A DNA stretch of 64,000 bases from NCBI GenBank assembly GCA_012295275.1, contig CM022675.1, forward strand, positions 16,430,001 through 16,494,000, read 5' to 3'. This document shows positions 11,261-23,750 of the stretch, piece after piece. Each line of letters starts with the position of its first letter. Within the stretch, counting starts at the first letter, position 1. The DNA is from Chrysomallon squamiferum. Lineage: Eukaryota; Animalia; Mollusca. The position numbers and the translations under genes were made by a program. The notes beneath the pieces were generated by a model that did no database searches, was not told the origin of the DNA, and saw only the letters and a list, made by a program, of their open reading frames with translations.

Positions 11261-13631
11261 AGTTGGAATGTCATAGAGAAGATGAGTTAATTTAAATGGC
11301 TGTTCAAACTAATGATGATAACCTGATGATGATAAGCTACTCACAAACTTCGATATCTGATAAGACAAATTCTGGAATGCTTTTTAGTCATAAACATTCT
11401 GGGTATTACTTAATTATGAACAGGAATATCACTCTTTGACTGAGATATAGGGTGAATATAAAAACATAACTGATATCTCAGTTGTTTAAATGACACCATC
11501 GGATACTAATGTAAAGTAAGAAATTTCTTGGTGGTTTTATAAGGAAAAATGGGGCTCGGCTTTTGGGGGACAATTATTAATGAAATAAGAAAAGAAATAA
11601 ACATTTTTCTCTTTTTGGGGCACTCTTTCAAAAGTTGTGTAATATATTGTCTGGCTACACAAACTGCAGATACTACAGACAGGAAAACTTCTCTACATAT
11701 ATTTGTAGTCTTCGCATAATTCTATATATAAAATTCAGATTCAGAGTGATGAAGTAGTAGCAGTAGTGTTTACGTGACGTATTAGTAGTCTTCCTATACC
11801 TGTTTAGGTAAAATGACCAATTATAACAAATATTGAATGATATTTTGGTAAATTACCCATGTTAATCGTTTGCTTCTGAGCAAGCGTCTCGGAGAAATCT
11901 ATTAAATGAAACAAATATATGTTCTTCCTGCATATCAGAGAATGTTGACTGAAAGTAATCATGATCAAGTATTTCAACTTAGGTGAAAATGAAGGAAAAT
12001 CCTGGAGCATACATAAGATTTAAGTTCTAGCATAAAGTGTTAATGATAAATTGAAGATGTTTCCCATATCTGGATTGTACGCTATAGACATCCGATATTT
12101 ACTGACATAACTTTTAATAAGTGTAATATTTTTATAAATATTTATATTTCTCAACCGAAATCTCAAAGATCTGATGATGAGGCAACTTTTTCTTTGATAA
12201 AGAACTTCAGTAAAACGTAAACAAAACGGAGGCTGTTAATGAAAACCAATTGTTTGCTTGGTGTCCTGTGAGTTTGTAGTAATAAAATAATAAAAAATAA
12301 AAATAATAATTAAGTATGATTAAATATGTATGTGAAAGAACAATATTTTGCTTCGTAAATTTATCTCTATGGCTTATATCTTTTGCCTGTTTTGGGGTAA
12401 ATAAAATTTAATTCCTAGACATTTTTTAAAATAAAGTAAGTAAATACCTTTATCACTTAGGTAACTATGTTCTTCTCCAGGATTATGTTCAGCTGTGGTA
12501 TTAATGTTTCTTTATTATGTTGAAAATTCATGGTGGTAAATTAACTGACATAAAATCAGACACATTTCAGCATAATTTAAAAAACCATAAACATAATATT
12601 TTAGAAGTAAATCGCTGCCAGTTATATATTTTGTTTTCTGTAATTACAATAAATTACAGTGATATATATATTTTTTTTTTCTATGTTTAGTTTGTGATCA
12701 CTCAGAAAGTTTCTGTTAATGTTAAATTCCTGTCAATTTACGTTCATATTATATTTTGGATAATGTGGATGTCTGATCAAAGGTCGCAGCTGCCTGAAAA
12801 ATTCACATTTCAAATTTGAATCACATCTCTGCAGAAAATAAATTAATTAATTAATTAATGAAGAACAGAAATCCTTAAAGTCCATTATATTTTTTAAAAT
12901 TCGACTTTCAAATTTTGCGCGTTTTCTATCTGTCAGTGTGGGAAGTAATTTTAATGTATTATATATATATAGTTGTCTCAACGTATTTAATTATATATAT
13001 AATTAAAACACATGCACAAACACACACCTTTTTCGCTTAACCTACATTATGCAAATACCTCATCGCAAAGAAGTTATGATGTTATTATTATGTTATTATA
13101 TAAAATTATATTATGGCAACATATAATAAATAATAAATAATAATGACTACATCGCAGTATATTACCGGGATCTTACCTAGATATCGGTAACCGACTCCAA
13201 ATTCAGTCACCTTGTCAACCGAGATGAAACTCATAATGGACATACTCTAATTATCAAAAAAGTTATCCTAACGGTCTATATATTAGATGTCTCTGTACAG
13301 GTTAGGCTAGTACGCGAGTTGACTTTGTTCTAGAGGTAATCAGAGATAAGATAATTAAATTAGTACGGTAACTAGAATAAAAACAAAACACACATTTGAA
13401 TCTGTATTAGCACTAGCGCTGACAAACTACTGACAAACTACTGGCAAAATTAACGGAGACAATTGCTATAAAAAATTGCTATATCACATTGTTACAAATA
13501 TTTTTGAAACAACAATCTGTTTACACAGTAGTAAATATGTAGTCAATCGGAAATTTAAAGTTGTTTATTGGACAAACATCCTTCCCGGCAGTACTAGCAG
13601 TCTCTCCCTAACAGTGTCAAAGAGAGGACAG

Positions 13632-13731
13632 GTCAGGATACTGTGTATTGAACAGGATACTGTGTATTGAACAGGATACTGCCTATTGAGCAGGATGCTG
13701 TGTATTGAACAGGATATTGTGTATTGAACAC
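13632..13731. repeat. 19-bp minisatellite, ~5 copies
   Basis: Unit CAGGATACTGTGTATTGAA read directly. Confidence 0.9.
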
Positions 13732-14630
13732 GGACACATACAGATTATCATTTCAATTAACACGAAGGTTGTTTAATAAACAATGGTCAGACAGGTCTGA
13801 TACATAAACACCCTGGTCAGCAAAACTCCCGCTGTTTCAGTGGAATACACTACTGCCAGGTGACATTAGATAATCTGACTGGTCATTATCGTCACATGTA
13901 ACTCTAATATAATATTATGTTGATATTGTACGTAGGACTTTTTGGCCATTTTTATCTTCTTTTTTTTTTTTTCAAGTGATTCAGTGAAGTTAGGCAGCTT
14001 CATTTTTAAACAGCAGTTAAGCAGTGACTAACATGTAGAAACTGCAATTTCAGTAAACAGAGACAAATTCAAATCCAGTTAACTACACGAATGATTCTAC
14101 TAGGAAATGTTATAATTGTTTTAATAACAGAGACGTCGTTTGCAGCAGTGAATTGCAATTAGAGCAAGAAAAAAAATTCACATCAATTTAACAATACTAG
14201 CTAGTGTACTGTGAAACACTGCTCATCTGACTATTTTTGTATTGACCTAATGAACATTTGAAAAGAAAAAAAAAAGTGTTCTGTCTTCACTTGAATAAAC
14301 GACTGGTCAGTGATGTAAACAAATAATAAAAATAGTTTTATTTACTGTTGTATTCTATTAATGTTTTTTATTACCACGCAGTAAATTTGTATATTGAATG
14401 GTGGTTTTGATCAATAAAAAAGTACGTAAAAAAAAAATAAAACATGTATTTTACTTTCCTGATAAAAGTCAGATAACAGCGAGTACAAAATTAACTGTCA
14501 AGCTGTCTCTGACTCCTCAGCAGGTTGTAGAATCGTACATTCTTTGAGGCAGTTTTACACTCACCATATTACTTTACTAAATTTTCTACTACTACTACTA
14601 GTACTACTACTACTAATAATAATAATAGTA

Positions 14631-14701
<71 letters not shown>

Positions 14702-14802
14702 GAATAAAAGAACATTTAAGAAAAAAAAAGGATAGAGAAAATGTGAAATAAGAAAACATAGGAAGACCTGAGAAAAAGGAGGAAAAAACAACAACTACAA
14801 AC

Positions 14803-14874
14803 CACGTGATCCCGGTTCAGTTGTTAATACAAACGCAATTTGTACAAGTAGCTTCTGACAGTCCAGTGGGCATA
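14803..14874 (-). pseudogene. Relic copy of gene B exon 2 (EGF-like domain)
   Basis: Aligns to 19810-19721 with a 16-nt deletion, a 2-nt deletion and TGG->TGA in the ancestral frame. Splice sites and flanking intron sequence (AGAAAATGTGAAATAAGAAAACATAGG; AAAACTGGACGGCAAA) are retained. Confidence 0.85.
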
Positions 14875-17184
14875 CTGTAAGACAAATAGTATAAAACTGG
14901 ACGGCAAATTTTCTGAATTATAAATAATATATTAAATGGAGAAGCCGCAGTACGTGGATGTTTGTTTGAATAATTTTAACATAGCGGATCCGGGCATACA
15001 TTTTACAGGGAGGAGGAAGAACCCAAAGAATTTGAAATTAGAAATTATCTTTGATATTTCATTGCACAAGCTGCTTTACAGTTCCGCAAGCATGCACGAA
15101 CTTAATTAATACAGCCGCTTTATATTTAATTTTAATAAAGTTTATCTCATCTGTTTTTACATGTTTAAGATGTTTTTCTTTGTCCTATTTGTCAGTTGTA
15201 GGTTCTGTATTTAACTTTGTGGATTTACAGTCAATGAGTTGACCCCGGGCAGCACCAAGGTCAACATGCCACAGCGCCAAAGGGCTGGTTTTCTTTTTCT
15301 TTCAGTATACCAACTTAGAAGGTAAAGCAAAGTACAAGAAAATAAAATACTAGTTCAGAGTAAGTAAACAATTGTGTTTGCTTTAATTCAGTTTCTTCTT
15401 GTACCTATTACAACTTTTTTGCTTACTACAGATGAATGTTTATATCAGTGAGTAGTGTTTTAGTAATTTGTCGTATGTGCTTTTGCTAAATGTAGGGACA
15501 ATACATTTTTGAGCTGATCAAATTTGTTTTACTTTCCTGATAAACGCAAGATAAAACAGTGGAGAAAGTTAATTGGTTTTCTTGGTTAGTAATTTTGAAG
15601 ATGACCAACGTGAAGCCTCCTAGGAGGTGATAACATCGCAGTTTTGTACCCATCACGTTTTATCACTAAACTTATAGAACACATTTTTTTTAATTATGAT
15701 AAGTGATAACAGATCCTCTCAGTAGAAAAACAATAGTTGACCCAAGACAAGCTGAATGATCTCGACTGTAGAAAAAATATATACACACGCAGATATCTCA
15801 TTTTATACGCCACATCGTTGTAATTTCCCACCATCTTTTAGTTTCTCACAATTTATCTGTTTCCCTCGTTTTTTCCATTCTCGTAATATTCATTAATACA
15901 ATGTCATTATTTGTCTTGACATACAATTAAATATCTAGCCTTATATGTGACAGTACTGATAATACTGGTGTCAGATGATAGTCACTCTGTTAGTTTGCTG
16001 TTTGTTGTAATCAGTGAACTGATACTTCACACTGTTGTTACGAATCTTCCAAGACACGAAAGTAAACACGTCCAGATGGCCAAACAACAACAGCAAGTGT
16101 CCCATAAAAACTATTATTAAAATTAATATAATTAAATCATACAATTGTTTTCCTCTCTTTTTGTCGGATTAGTACCATTGTGCGTACATCCCATTTTGCC
16201 TAGAGCTTATAACAACATAATTAGGGTCCGTAACTGGGGATTAATTGCTTGAGTGATTATTACGTTCACCTGCCTATATGTAACAGTCCAATACTGAAGA
16301 CTGTTAAATATTATGCGTGATACATGATTAAAGATATCTCTTGTAATGTTTGTAACTTTATGTGTAGATTACGTAAACTTTTGAATGTTTGTGTTTGTCT
16401 GTATACCTCTGTATGGATGCAGGTGTTTATGTTTGTATGTATATGTGTGTTCGTGTGTACATGAGTGTTTGTGCGTGGGTGTGTTTTTGTTCATGTGCGT
16501 GTATAGTGTTTTGTGAAACCAGAGGCTACGTAACACTCTAGCTTGTGCTTAGTGAAGCGTAATGATTTCCTCTCATAGAGATTATTACCAAAAATATATT
16601 TCTATCATCTGCTAACCATTATTGTTAGAATGAGATTTTGTTAAGAAAATACTGCTTTACTAATTTATCAGTTACAGCAAAGCAAAATAGGTAACTGTGT
16701 TTCTCACTGGTGCGTTATAGGTTTTGTCGCTGTTTATTTCTTTGTTATAGTTTTGGGTGGATTAATGATAATGCTTATTTGTTTATACTTTGTAATTGAC
16801 AAAATTTAAGAGACGAATGAGAATGAAAGAAAGACAGAGAAAATTAAAAGAAGACGAATGAACAATAAACAGTTCTTATAAATATTTTATTTTCTTTCAA
16901 ATGTGACAGCGATGATGGTCAGTACTGGAAAGTTATTATCTGGACTTTCTGATTTCTAAAACGAGAATTAAAAACATATTTATGATATCTACTAAACATG
17001 AGATATACATTTTTTTAACACAACAGATATAAAGATTATCAAACTATAGCATTATAATTGTCTTTTTCCATAGATAAATCTGTATGTCTCCACAGAAATA
17101 ACACAGCTTATTAACGAACATTATGTAATCAAAGAATAAATATAAATATTATTCTGATGTGATTCAGTCAAAACGAACAAAAAA

Positions 17185-17468
17185 TCAAATAAATAAATAA
17201 GCAAAATTACATGGACAAATTGATGTGCACTGTCCCACATTTGTTCCGCAAAGAAGACCTCTTCCTCCAAAATCAGTTCTCTGTTTGAGAATAGCACAAA
17301 ACTTGGCACTTCTATCTGAACATGCTGAAACATGTAAATATTATTATTATTATTACTATCATCATCATCATCATCATCATCACTACTACTACTACTATTA
17401 TTATTATCATTATTTTTAAAATTACTATTATTATCATTATTATTATTACTATTATTATTGTTGATTTT

Positions 17469-17500
<32 letters not shown>

Positions 17501-17632
17501 AATCATCATCATCACTACAACTACTATTATTGTTATTATTATTATTATCATCATCATCATTACTACTACTACTTTTATTGTTATTATTATTATTATTATT
17601 ATCATCATCATTATCATTATTTTTAAAATTAC

Positions 17633-17668
<36 letters not shown>

Positions 17669-17672
17669 TACT

Positions 17673-17713
<41 letters not shown>

Positions 17714-18350
17714 TATTATTATTATTTAACAAAATCTTTCAATTGTTATTGAACACAAGCACATAGATAGACACAGAAACACGCACACACACAAACAGAA
17801 ACATACACATACAAACACAACCCATGATCATAATGAACACACGTAGTTTTTGTCTGGAAAGAAATAAACTTACAAGTACAAATTCCACACGACTGTTGGC
17901 AGTTTTTTCTAATACTTGCGTCTGCGCAGTAAAAATTCCAGAATGGTAAAGCAGCATTCGCTGAACCCGTCAGACACGCTGGTGAAGAAACAAGAATAAT
18001 TAATGAGTGTTTATTCTCAATGCCTTCTTCAATTAATTACAGTTTTGTACGAAAACAATGCAGCTTTAGTTCATATTATTTTTACACGTGTGTGTGTGTG
18101 TGTCTGTATAAAATTCAAGAAACAGGAATAATTAATGAGTGTTTATTCTCAATGCCTTCTTCAATTAATTACAGTTTTGTACGAAAACAATGCAGCTTTC
18201 GTTATATTATTTTTACACGTGTTTGAGTGTGTGTGTGTCTGTATAAAATTCAAGAAACAGGAATAATTAATGAGTGTTTATTCTCAATGCCTTCTTCAAT
18301 TAATTACAGTTTTGTACGAAAACAATGCAGCTTTCGTTATATTATTTTTA

Positions 18351-18389
<39 letters not shown>

Positions 18390-20313
18390 GTGTGTGTGTG
18401 AAATTCATTCGGAAAAAAGCAGGGTGGTGGTCAGTCTCGGTTCTTGAAAACAGAAAAATAAAAGTTTGAAACTGACTTTTAGTCTTGACTGTGTCAAATG
18501 GTTGAAAGATTTTCTTTTCCTCGCGGTTTTCAACTAAAGAATTTAAGCATCAAAATTAACCACTAAAAACGTTTCAGTTTATTTATCTCTGGTAAAACTC
18601 TTGCATAAATTCTTTATGAAAGAAAAGCTGAAAATACGAGTAACGTTTACCGCATTTCTGTAGTGTTTCAGAAAATTACAAATAGCAGATTTTGATAGAC
18701 ACGTTCAGCCAGAACATTTTCTTCTTGTGACAGATTAGTCTTCAGTGAAAAGATCTTTTCGTTTGTGTACTAACTAAACACTTACTGGTTGCGCAGGCTG
18801 ACCCGTAGAATGTGTTTGTGTATTAACTAAACACTTACTGGTTGCGCAGGCTGACCCGTAGAAACTAACTTACTGGTTGCGCAGGGCTGACCCGTAGAAT
18901 GTGTTTTGTATTAACTAAATACTTACTGGTTGCGCAGGGGACCCGTAGAATGTGTTTGACTGGTTCCCAGGCTGTAGAATGTGTTTGTGTATTAACTAAA
19001 TACTTACTGGTTGCGCAGGCTGACCCGTAGAATGTGTTTGTACTAACTAAATACTTACTGGTTGCGCAGGCTGACCCGTAGAATGTGTTTGTGTACTAAC
19101 TAAACACTTACTGGTTGCGCAGGCTGACCCGTAGAATGTGTTTGTGTATTAACTAAACACTTACTGGTTGCGCAGGCTGACCCGTAGAATGTGTTTGTGT
19201 ACTAACAAAACACTTACTGGTTGCGCAGGCTGACCCATAGAATGTGTTTGTGTACTAACTAAATACTTACTGGTTGCGCAGGCTGACCCGTAGAATGTGT
19301 TTGTGCAAGCACATGCACACGTCGCCGCAGTGAAAGTTCCGCCATTTTGACAAGCTGTGATTGGACATGTGCCTGCCGAAATTGAAAATAAAAATAATTA
19401 TCAGTTAGTTTATTCCCGTGCGTAATGCGTATGTGATGTGGTAGTTATGTGTGTGTGTGTGTGTGTGTGTGTGGTGATGGTTGCGTTGCAGTTGACGAAA
19501 ATCAAACAATATTTACATTATTATATTTTAATCATGCATGAGGTACTTCAACTAATAATAATAATAATAACAATAATAATAACAATAACAATAATAATTA
19601 TAATTATAATTATAATAACAACAACAATAACAATAAAGAAAATTAAAAAAATAATAATAATAATATAAAGAAAATGTGAAATAAGAAAACATAGGACGAC
19701 CTAAAAAACCAACTACAAACCACATGTGAGCCCGGTCCAGTTGTTGATACAAACGCAGTTTGTACAAGTCGCTTCTGGCGCACTACCATTCAGACAGTCC
19801 AGATTGCACACTGTGAGAGAAACAATATAAATTAGTGTTTTTGCTGTTACCAATTAAAACTGGACGGCAAAAATCAAATAAAACATAACTTAGAATTAAT
19901 CATCTTACATTCAAATTATTTCTTCATATTACATCTTACTTTAAAGTATCAGAGTTTGCTTCCATTGCATAGGCCTATTTATATTTCTCTAATTCTGTTA
20001 TAAATATGTAAGAGTATATAACGGTATAAATTTTGAAGTGTGAGAGAGAATTTCTGTAACATATATAAGGAGGCATTTCCGTAATCTGTTACTTGAGGGT
20101 ATGTTTGTAGTATTTGATACGAAAGTATTTATCTCTCTCTCTCTCTCTCTCTCGTGTTATAGCGTGTGTGTCTATTTGAGTGTTTAATATTTCAGTACGT
20201 GCCAGCAACTGACCCCAAAACTGTGTTCTGGATATGAATATAAATATATACTTACCTAAGCAAGTAGAAAACCGCAGCACCAAGCAGACAACGAAAACGT
20301 GGAATAAAGTCAT
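17185..20313 (-). CDS. Gene B: secreted 2x EGF-like + 2x ShK/CRISP-ICR-like cysteine-rich protein, 164 aa, 5 exons
   Basis: Exons 20313-20256, 19810-19721, 19372-19271, 17978-17874, 17324-17185; all GT-AG, phase 1; 495 nt open. MTLFHVFVVCLVLRFSTCL-VCNLDCLNGSAPEATCTNCVCINNWTGLTC-GTCPITACQNGGTFTAATCACACTNTFYGSACAT-TCLTGSANAALPFWNFYCADASIRKNCQQSCGICT-SCSDRSAKFCAILKQRTDFGGRGLLCGTNVGQCTSICPCNFAYLFI*. Exon 1 (58 nt) and first ShK exon (105 nt) match gene A in size. Confidence 0.87.
17340..17730. repeat. Compound (ATT/ATC/ACT)n microsatellite in last intron of gene B
   Basis: Read directly; source of the poly-N/I/L ORFs. Equivalent tracts lie in the last introns of A (~455-640), C (~30005-30095) and D (~35320-35410). 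Confidence 0.95.
17985..18400. repeat. ~133-bp tandem repeat x3 at acceptor end of gene B intron 3
   Basis: Units start near 17985, 18117 and 18251 (AAGAAACA[A/G]GAATAATTAATGAGTGTTTATTCTCAATGCC...). Confidence 0.9.
18768..19305. repeat. 53-bp minisatellite (~11 copies) derived from the exon 3/intron 3 junction of gene B
   Basis: Unit TACTAACTAAACACTTACTGGTTGCGCAGGCTGACCCGTAGAATGTGTTTGTG; on the minus strand it is the end of exon 3 plus the GTAAGT donor. Confidence 0.95.
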
Positions 20314-20452
20314 TTTTACAGCAGATTTCGTCTTTTCAGATCTCTGATGTCAACAGAAAGATTTCCTTTATTTATAGTCACAATTCTTTTGTTTTTGTTT
20401 TTTCTTTAGAGTTTGAAAGTCACCTCTGCCACTTGTTTACATGTAGCAGATG
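20314..20452 (-). promoter_or_regulatory. Core promoter of gene B (TATAAATA 20376-20369; CATCTG E-box plus GTAAACA forkhead motif 20452-20431)
   Basis: Homologous to the promoters of A, C and D despite strong coding divergence. Confidence 0.75.
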
Positions 20453-21002
20453 GTTTAGTAATGTGTTTAAATTGTCTTTTCTGTTGTTATAAAAACAAGA
20501 GGTAAATAGCCAATATGCTTGTAGCATGTGTTACTAATCTCATCTTATTTAAGTAAAAGCAAATTAAAAATAAATAAATAAATATATATATACACACACC
20601 CACAATAATTTTAAAAACAACAACAAAAAACATACCAAAAAAAAAAATCTCTGCAAAAAAAAAAAAATTGCGAAACACTCTCTCGGCCTGTCTATAATCT
20701 CTCCCCCTCAGCCTCAAAACATCCCCACCCCAGTATCTCTAAACTTTGTTTTGCAATGAATCATAAAACCAAATCCTGCACTTATTAATAATTCCTTTGA
20801 AAGCGCCCATGGATTTGATGCAAATAGCAATAAATTGTTGAATTATACGTGTTTCTATATATCTATGTTTGTATATGTATATGTGTATATTTATATTCAT
20901 TTATATGAATGTATGTATATAGCCATGTATATACTGTGTATGAAGCTTTTCATGATTTTGTACGAATTCATGTATGCTGCATACATATATGTGTATGTAT
21001 TA

Positions 21003-21140
21003 TCGTCTGACTTCGAAGTGCGAATCAGCGGCATCTGACGTTTGTGACGTCCACGTCCAAATATGACGTCACAAAGCTCAGATGGCGCTGATTCGACTGA
21101 ACGCTTGGCATCCACTGACCCGCTTTCCGAAGTCAGACGA
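21003..21140. mobile_element. GC-rich foldback/MITE-like element
   Basis: Perfect 13-bp terminal inverted repeat TCGTCTGACTTCG (21003-21015 / 21128-21140) and inner 31-bp inverted repeat (21021-21051 / 21065-21095, 28 of 31 matching). No clear target-site duplication. Confidence 0.6.
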
Positions 21141-21423
21141 CAGTAACGCTTGGCCACCAAGACAACCTCTCAGGTAGAAAGTTCTCAGAATCTTATTTCA
21201 GCATTTTTTAACTTTCAAAAAAAAAATAATAATAATAAAAAAATAAATATGAAAATGTAACATACACACATCCATAGGCCTATCTGTGTGTGTTATAATT
21301 TATTAATTGTTGTTGTTGTTATTATTATTATTTTTTTTATTATTTATTTATTTATTTATTATCTATCATTTTCTTTTTTGGTGTTTTTTGTTTGTTTTCT
21401 TTTGTTTTGTTTGTTTGTTTGAG

Positions 21424-21540
21424 TCACCTGGTGAGTGATGACACCCCCACCTCGTAGTGGCTAATACGGTAATTTGTACTTGAAAATGCATTACCGGGGG
21501 ACTGTTCACCATAGGTACAGAACAAAATATCTGAAGTGTA
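21424..21540. repeat. Dispersed ~115-bp repeat (SINE-like), second copy at ~43078-43192
   Basis: Both copies read TCACCTGGTGAGTGATGACA...GTGGCTAAT...ACTTGAAAATG...GGGGGACTGTTCA...TAGGTACAGAACAAAATA.CTGAAGTGT; first copy is flanked by (TTTG)n and (GT)n. Confidence 0.65.
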
Positions 21541-23464
21541 TGTGTGTCTGTGTGTGTGTGTGTTTGTGTGTGTGTCTGTGTGTGTGTGTGTGTGTTGTCT
21601 TTTTGTGGGGCGAGTTCTCTGTTTTTTGTGTTATTTCTGGAGAAAGTATTTTTTTCTTAATTATTATTTGTTTGTTTTGAGAGAAGATGTTTTGATGTGT
21701 AGTTGGGGTTTTTTGTTGGTTTTATTTTGTTTGTTTGTTTGTTTGTTTTGTTTTGTTTTGTTTTGTTCTAAATTTGTTTTTGCTTTTGGTTTGTATTTTT
21801 ATTTGTGGTTGTTGTTTGTTTTGGTGTTGTTTTTCTTTTTCCTGCTGTACACTTTGTGGTATTTCTTTTTGTATTTTGTTTTGTTTATGTCTGTTTTTTA
21901 TCTTTTAATTCTGCATTTACAAATGCCCCGTGCTTTTTCATATTTCAGATAAAATACTGAAAAACAGTTTTGGTTGCCGTTTGTGCAGAATTGTCATTTT
22001 GAAGAAATCTTGATTTTTTAACAGCCCGATTTTAAGTGAGGTTTTCTGTGACAAATATGACATACTATGTGTTTCAAATACACAGTCTATGTTTTTAATA
22101 ACTGCAAAGTATATTAACCTTGATATGTGAAGCCAAAGTTAGAAAATCATTCATTTGCGCTAAAATAAAATTAAAGATATACAAAAAATTCACTTCATAA
22201 TTTCTTTTCTACTTATACTACATAGTTGTTATACCAAATTAACGAGAGTGAAAATGTCTAGATAAAATACATTTAGAAGGGATAAATTAGAATTATTTAC
22301 TAAATTACATTAACGAGGGAAATAAAATTATTCTGTTTCTTTAAACATGTACGGTCACTAAAACTGATAATAGAGTAAATTTATTATATAAAGTTATTAA
22401 TAGATCTAGTCTCAGTTAAGCTATAATTAGTTGTTTACAAAATGAGTCGTTTGATCCTACTCTTAGTTTTATCAAGATCAACTGTCCAGTCTCTTTATGT
22501 GAGAGCAGGACACGCCTTCTACTAAGAAGATGAACACAGATTATAAACAGTTTCCTTTCGTCTCATCTTTCTTAATTTCTTTATCCAGCGGAAATACATT
22601 AGACAAAGTAAAACAGAAGATCGTAGAATATAACAAAATCGATCCAAAACTCGTCCAACGATCAACGACGTTCAAAAAGTCGCCAAAAGGAACAATGTCT
22701 AAGAAAAAGCCGTCCAACAGCACAACGTCGTTCAAAAAGACTTTGAAGAAAAAGTCGTCAACGTCTGTGACGCTAGACAAAGCACGCCAGTCATGGCCCG
22801 AGATAACTTTTAATACAGATTCGATTTTCTAATAAATTAATTATGTCAAACAGAACAAACACATCACTTTAACAGTTAAGCATTACTTATAATAAATCAT
22901 GTTTAAAATAAAGTTAAGATTTTTAGCAACTTCACGGAAGTTTAAGGTATTTTATACAGTTTTGTTCTGTAATACCTGACTACAATTTTTTTCTCTTTGT
23001 TAACCATTTCATTTTAAATTGAATTGTTTCTATATGTATAAATGAAAACTGTATGTACAAAATACTGTGAAATATATATATTGAAACTGAAGTGCTGTGT
23101 TTATTATCAGTCACAAGCAGAAAGTCAACAAGTGAAGGTGTTAGTCACTGTTCTTCAGCAGTAGCCTCCTCTTTTCTTTCTGTCTGTCAAAAAAATGTTT
23201 AATAACAACATAAGATCGCCCCAGTTTGTGTTTAATATCTGTACACAAGTCACTTTTTTTATCTTTATTCTGTTTTTAATTTCATTCCCAATATTAAATT
23301 AATTAGTTTTATTTCCTATCACAGAAGCCTTTTAATGATCTCTAATAAATATTGAGATATTATAAGTTTCAAAACTGTGCCAATATTTACATTACCAGAG
23401 CATGTCAAAAAGTCGGAACTGAAGATTATAGATATAGCCAGAGCATGTCAAAAAGTCGGAACTG

Positions 23465-23750
23465 AAGATTATAGATATAGTAAGATAATAGATATAGTAA
23501 GATAATAGATATAGTAAGATTATAGATATAGTAAGATAATAGATATAGTAAGATTATAGATATAGTAAGATTATAGATATAGTAAGATAATAGATATAGT
23601 AAGATAATAGATATAGTAAGATTATAGATATAGTAAGATTATAGATATAGTAAGATAATAGATATAGTAAGATAATAGATATAGTAAGATAATAGATATA
23701 GTAAGATAATAGATATAGATATATAAGATTACAGATATAGTAAGATAATA
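23465..23750. repeat. 17-bp minisatellite, ~16 copies
   Basis: Unit AGTAAGAT[A/T]ATAGATAT; the paralogous site at ~9295-9365 has only ~4 copies. Confidence 0.95.

Noticed and set aside
11310-11362. ATGATGA...CTGA...TGATGA...CTGA, snoRNA- or hammerhead-like
   Set aside because: Very short, built from TGA triplets; the paralogous copy at ~36290 lacks the final CTGA; no hammerhead stems or GAAA.
17121-17766. Long poly-Asn/Ile/Leu ORFs (up to 203 aa)
   Set aside because: Translations of an intronic trinucleotide microsatellite; the real exon (17324-17185) is in another frame.
17185-17978. Claim that the ShK-like domains block Kv channels
   Set aside because: No Lys-Tyr functional dyad is visible at the ShK position; activity cannot be inferred from the fold alone.
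18768-19305. CRISPR-like regular repeats
   Set aside because: Head-to-tail units without unique spacers, eukaryotic intron context, no cas genes.
22521-22540. CGCCTTCTACTAAG resembling U5 snRNA loop I
   Set aside because: Mismatch in the invariant loop, no flanking stem, no Sm site.
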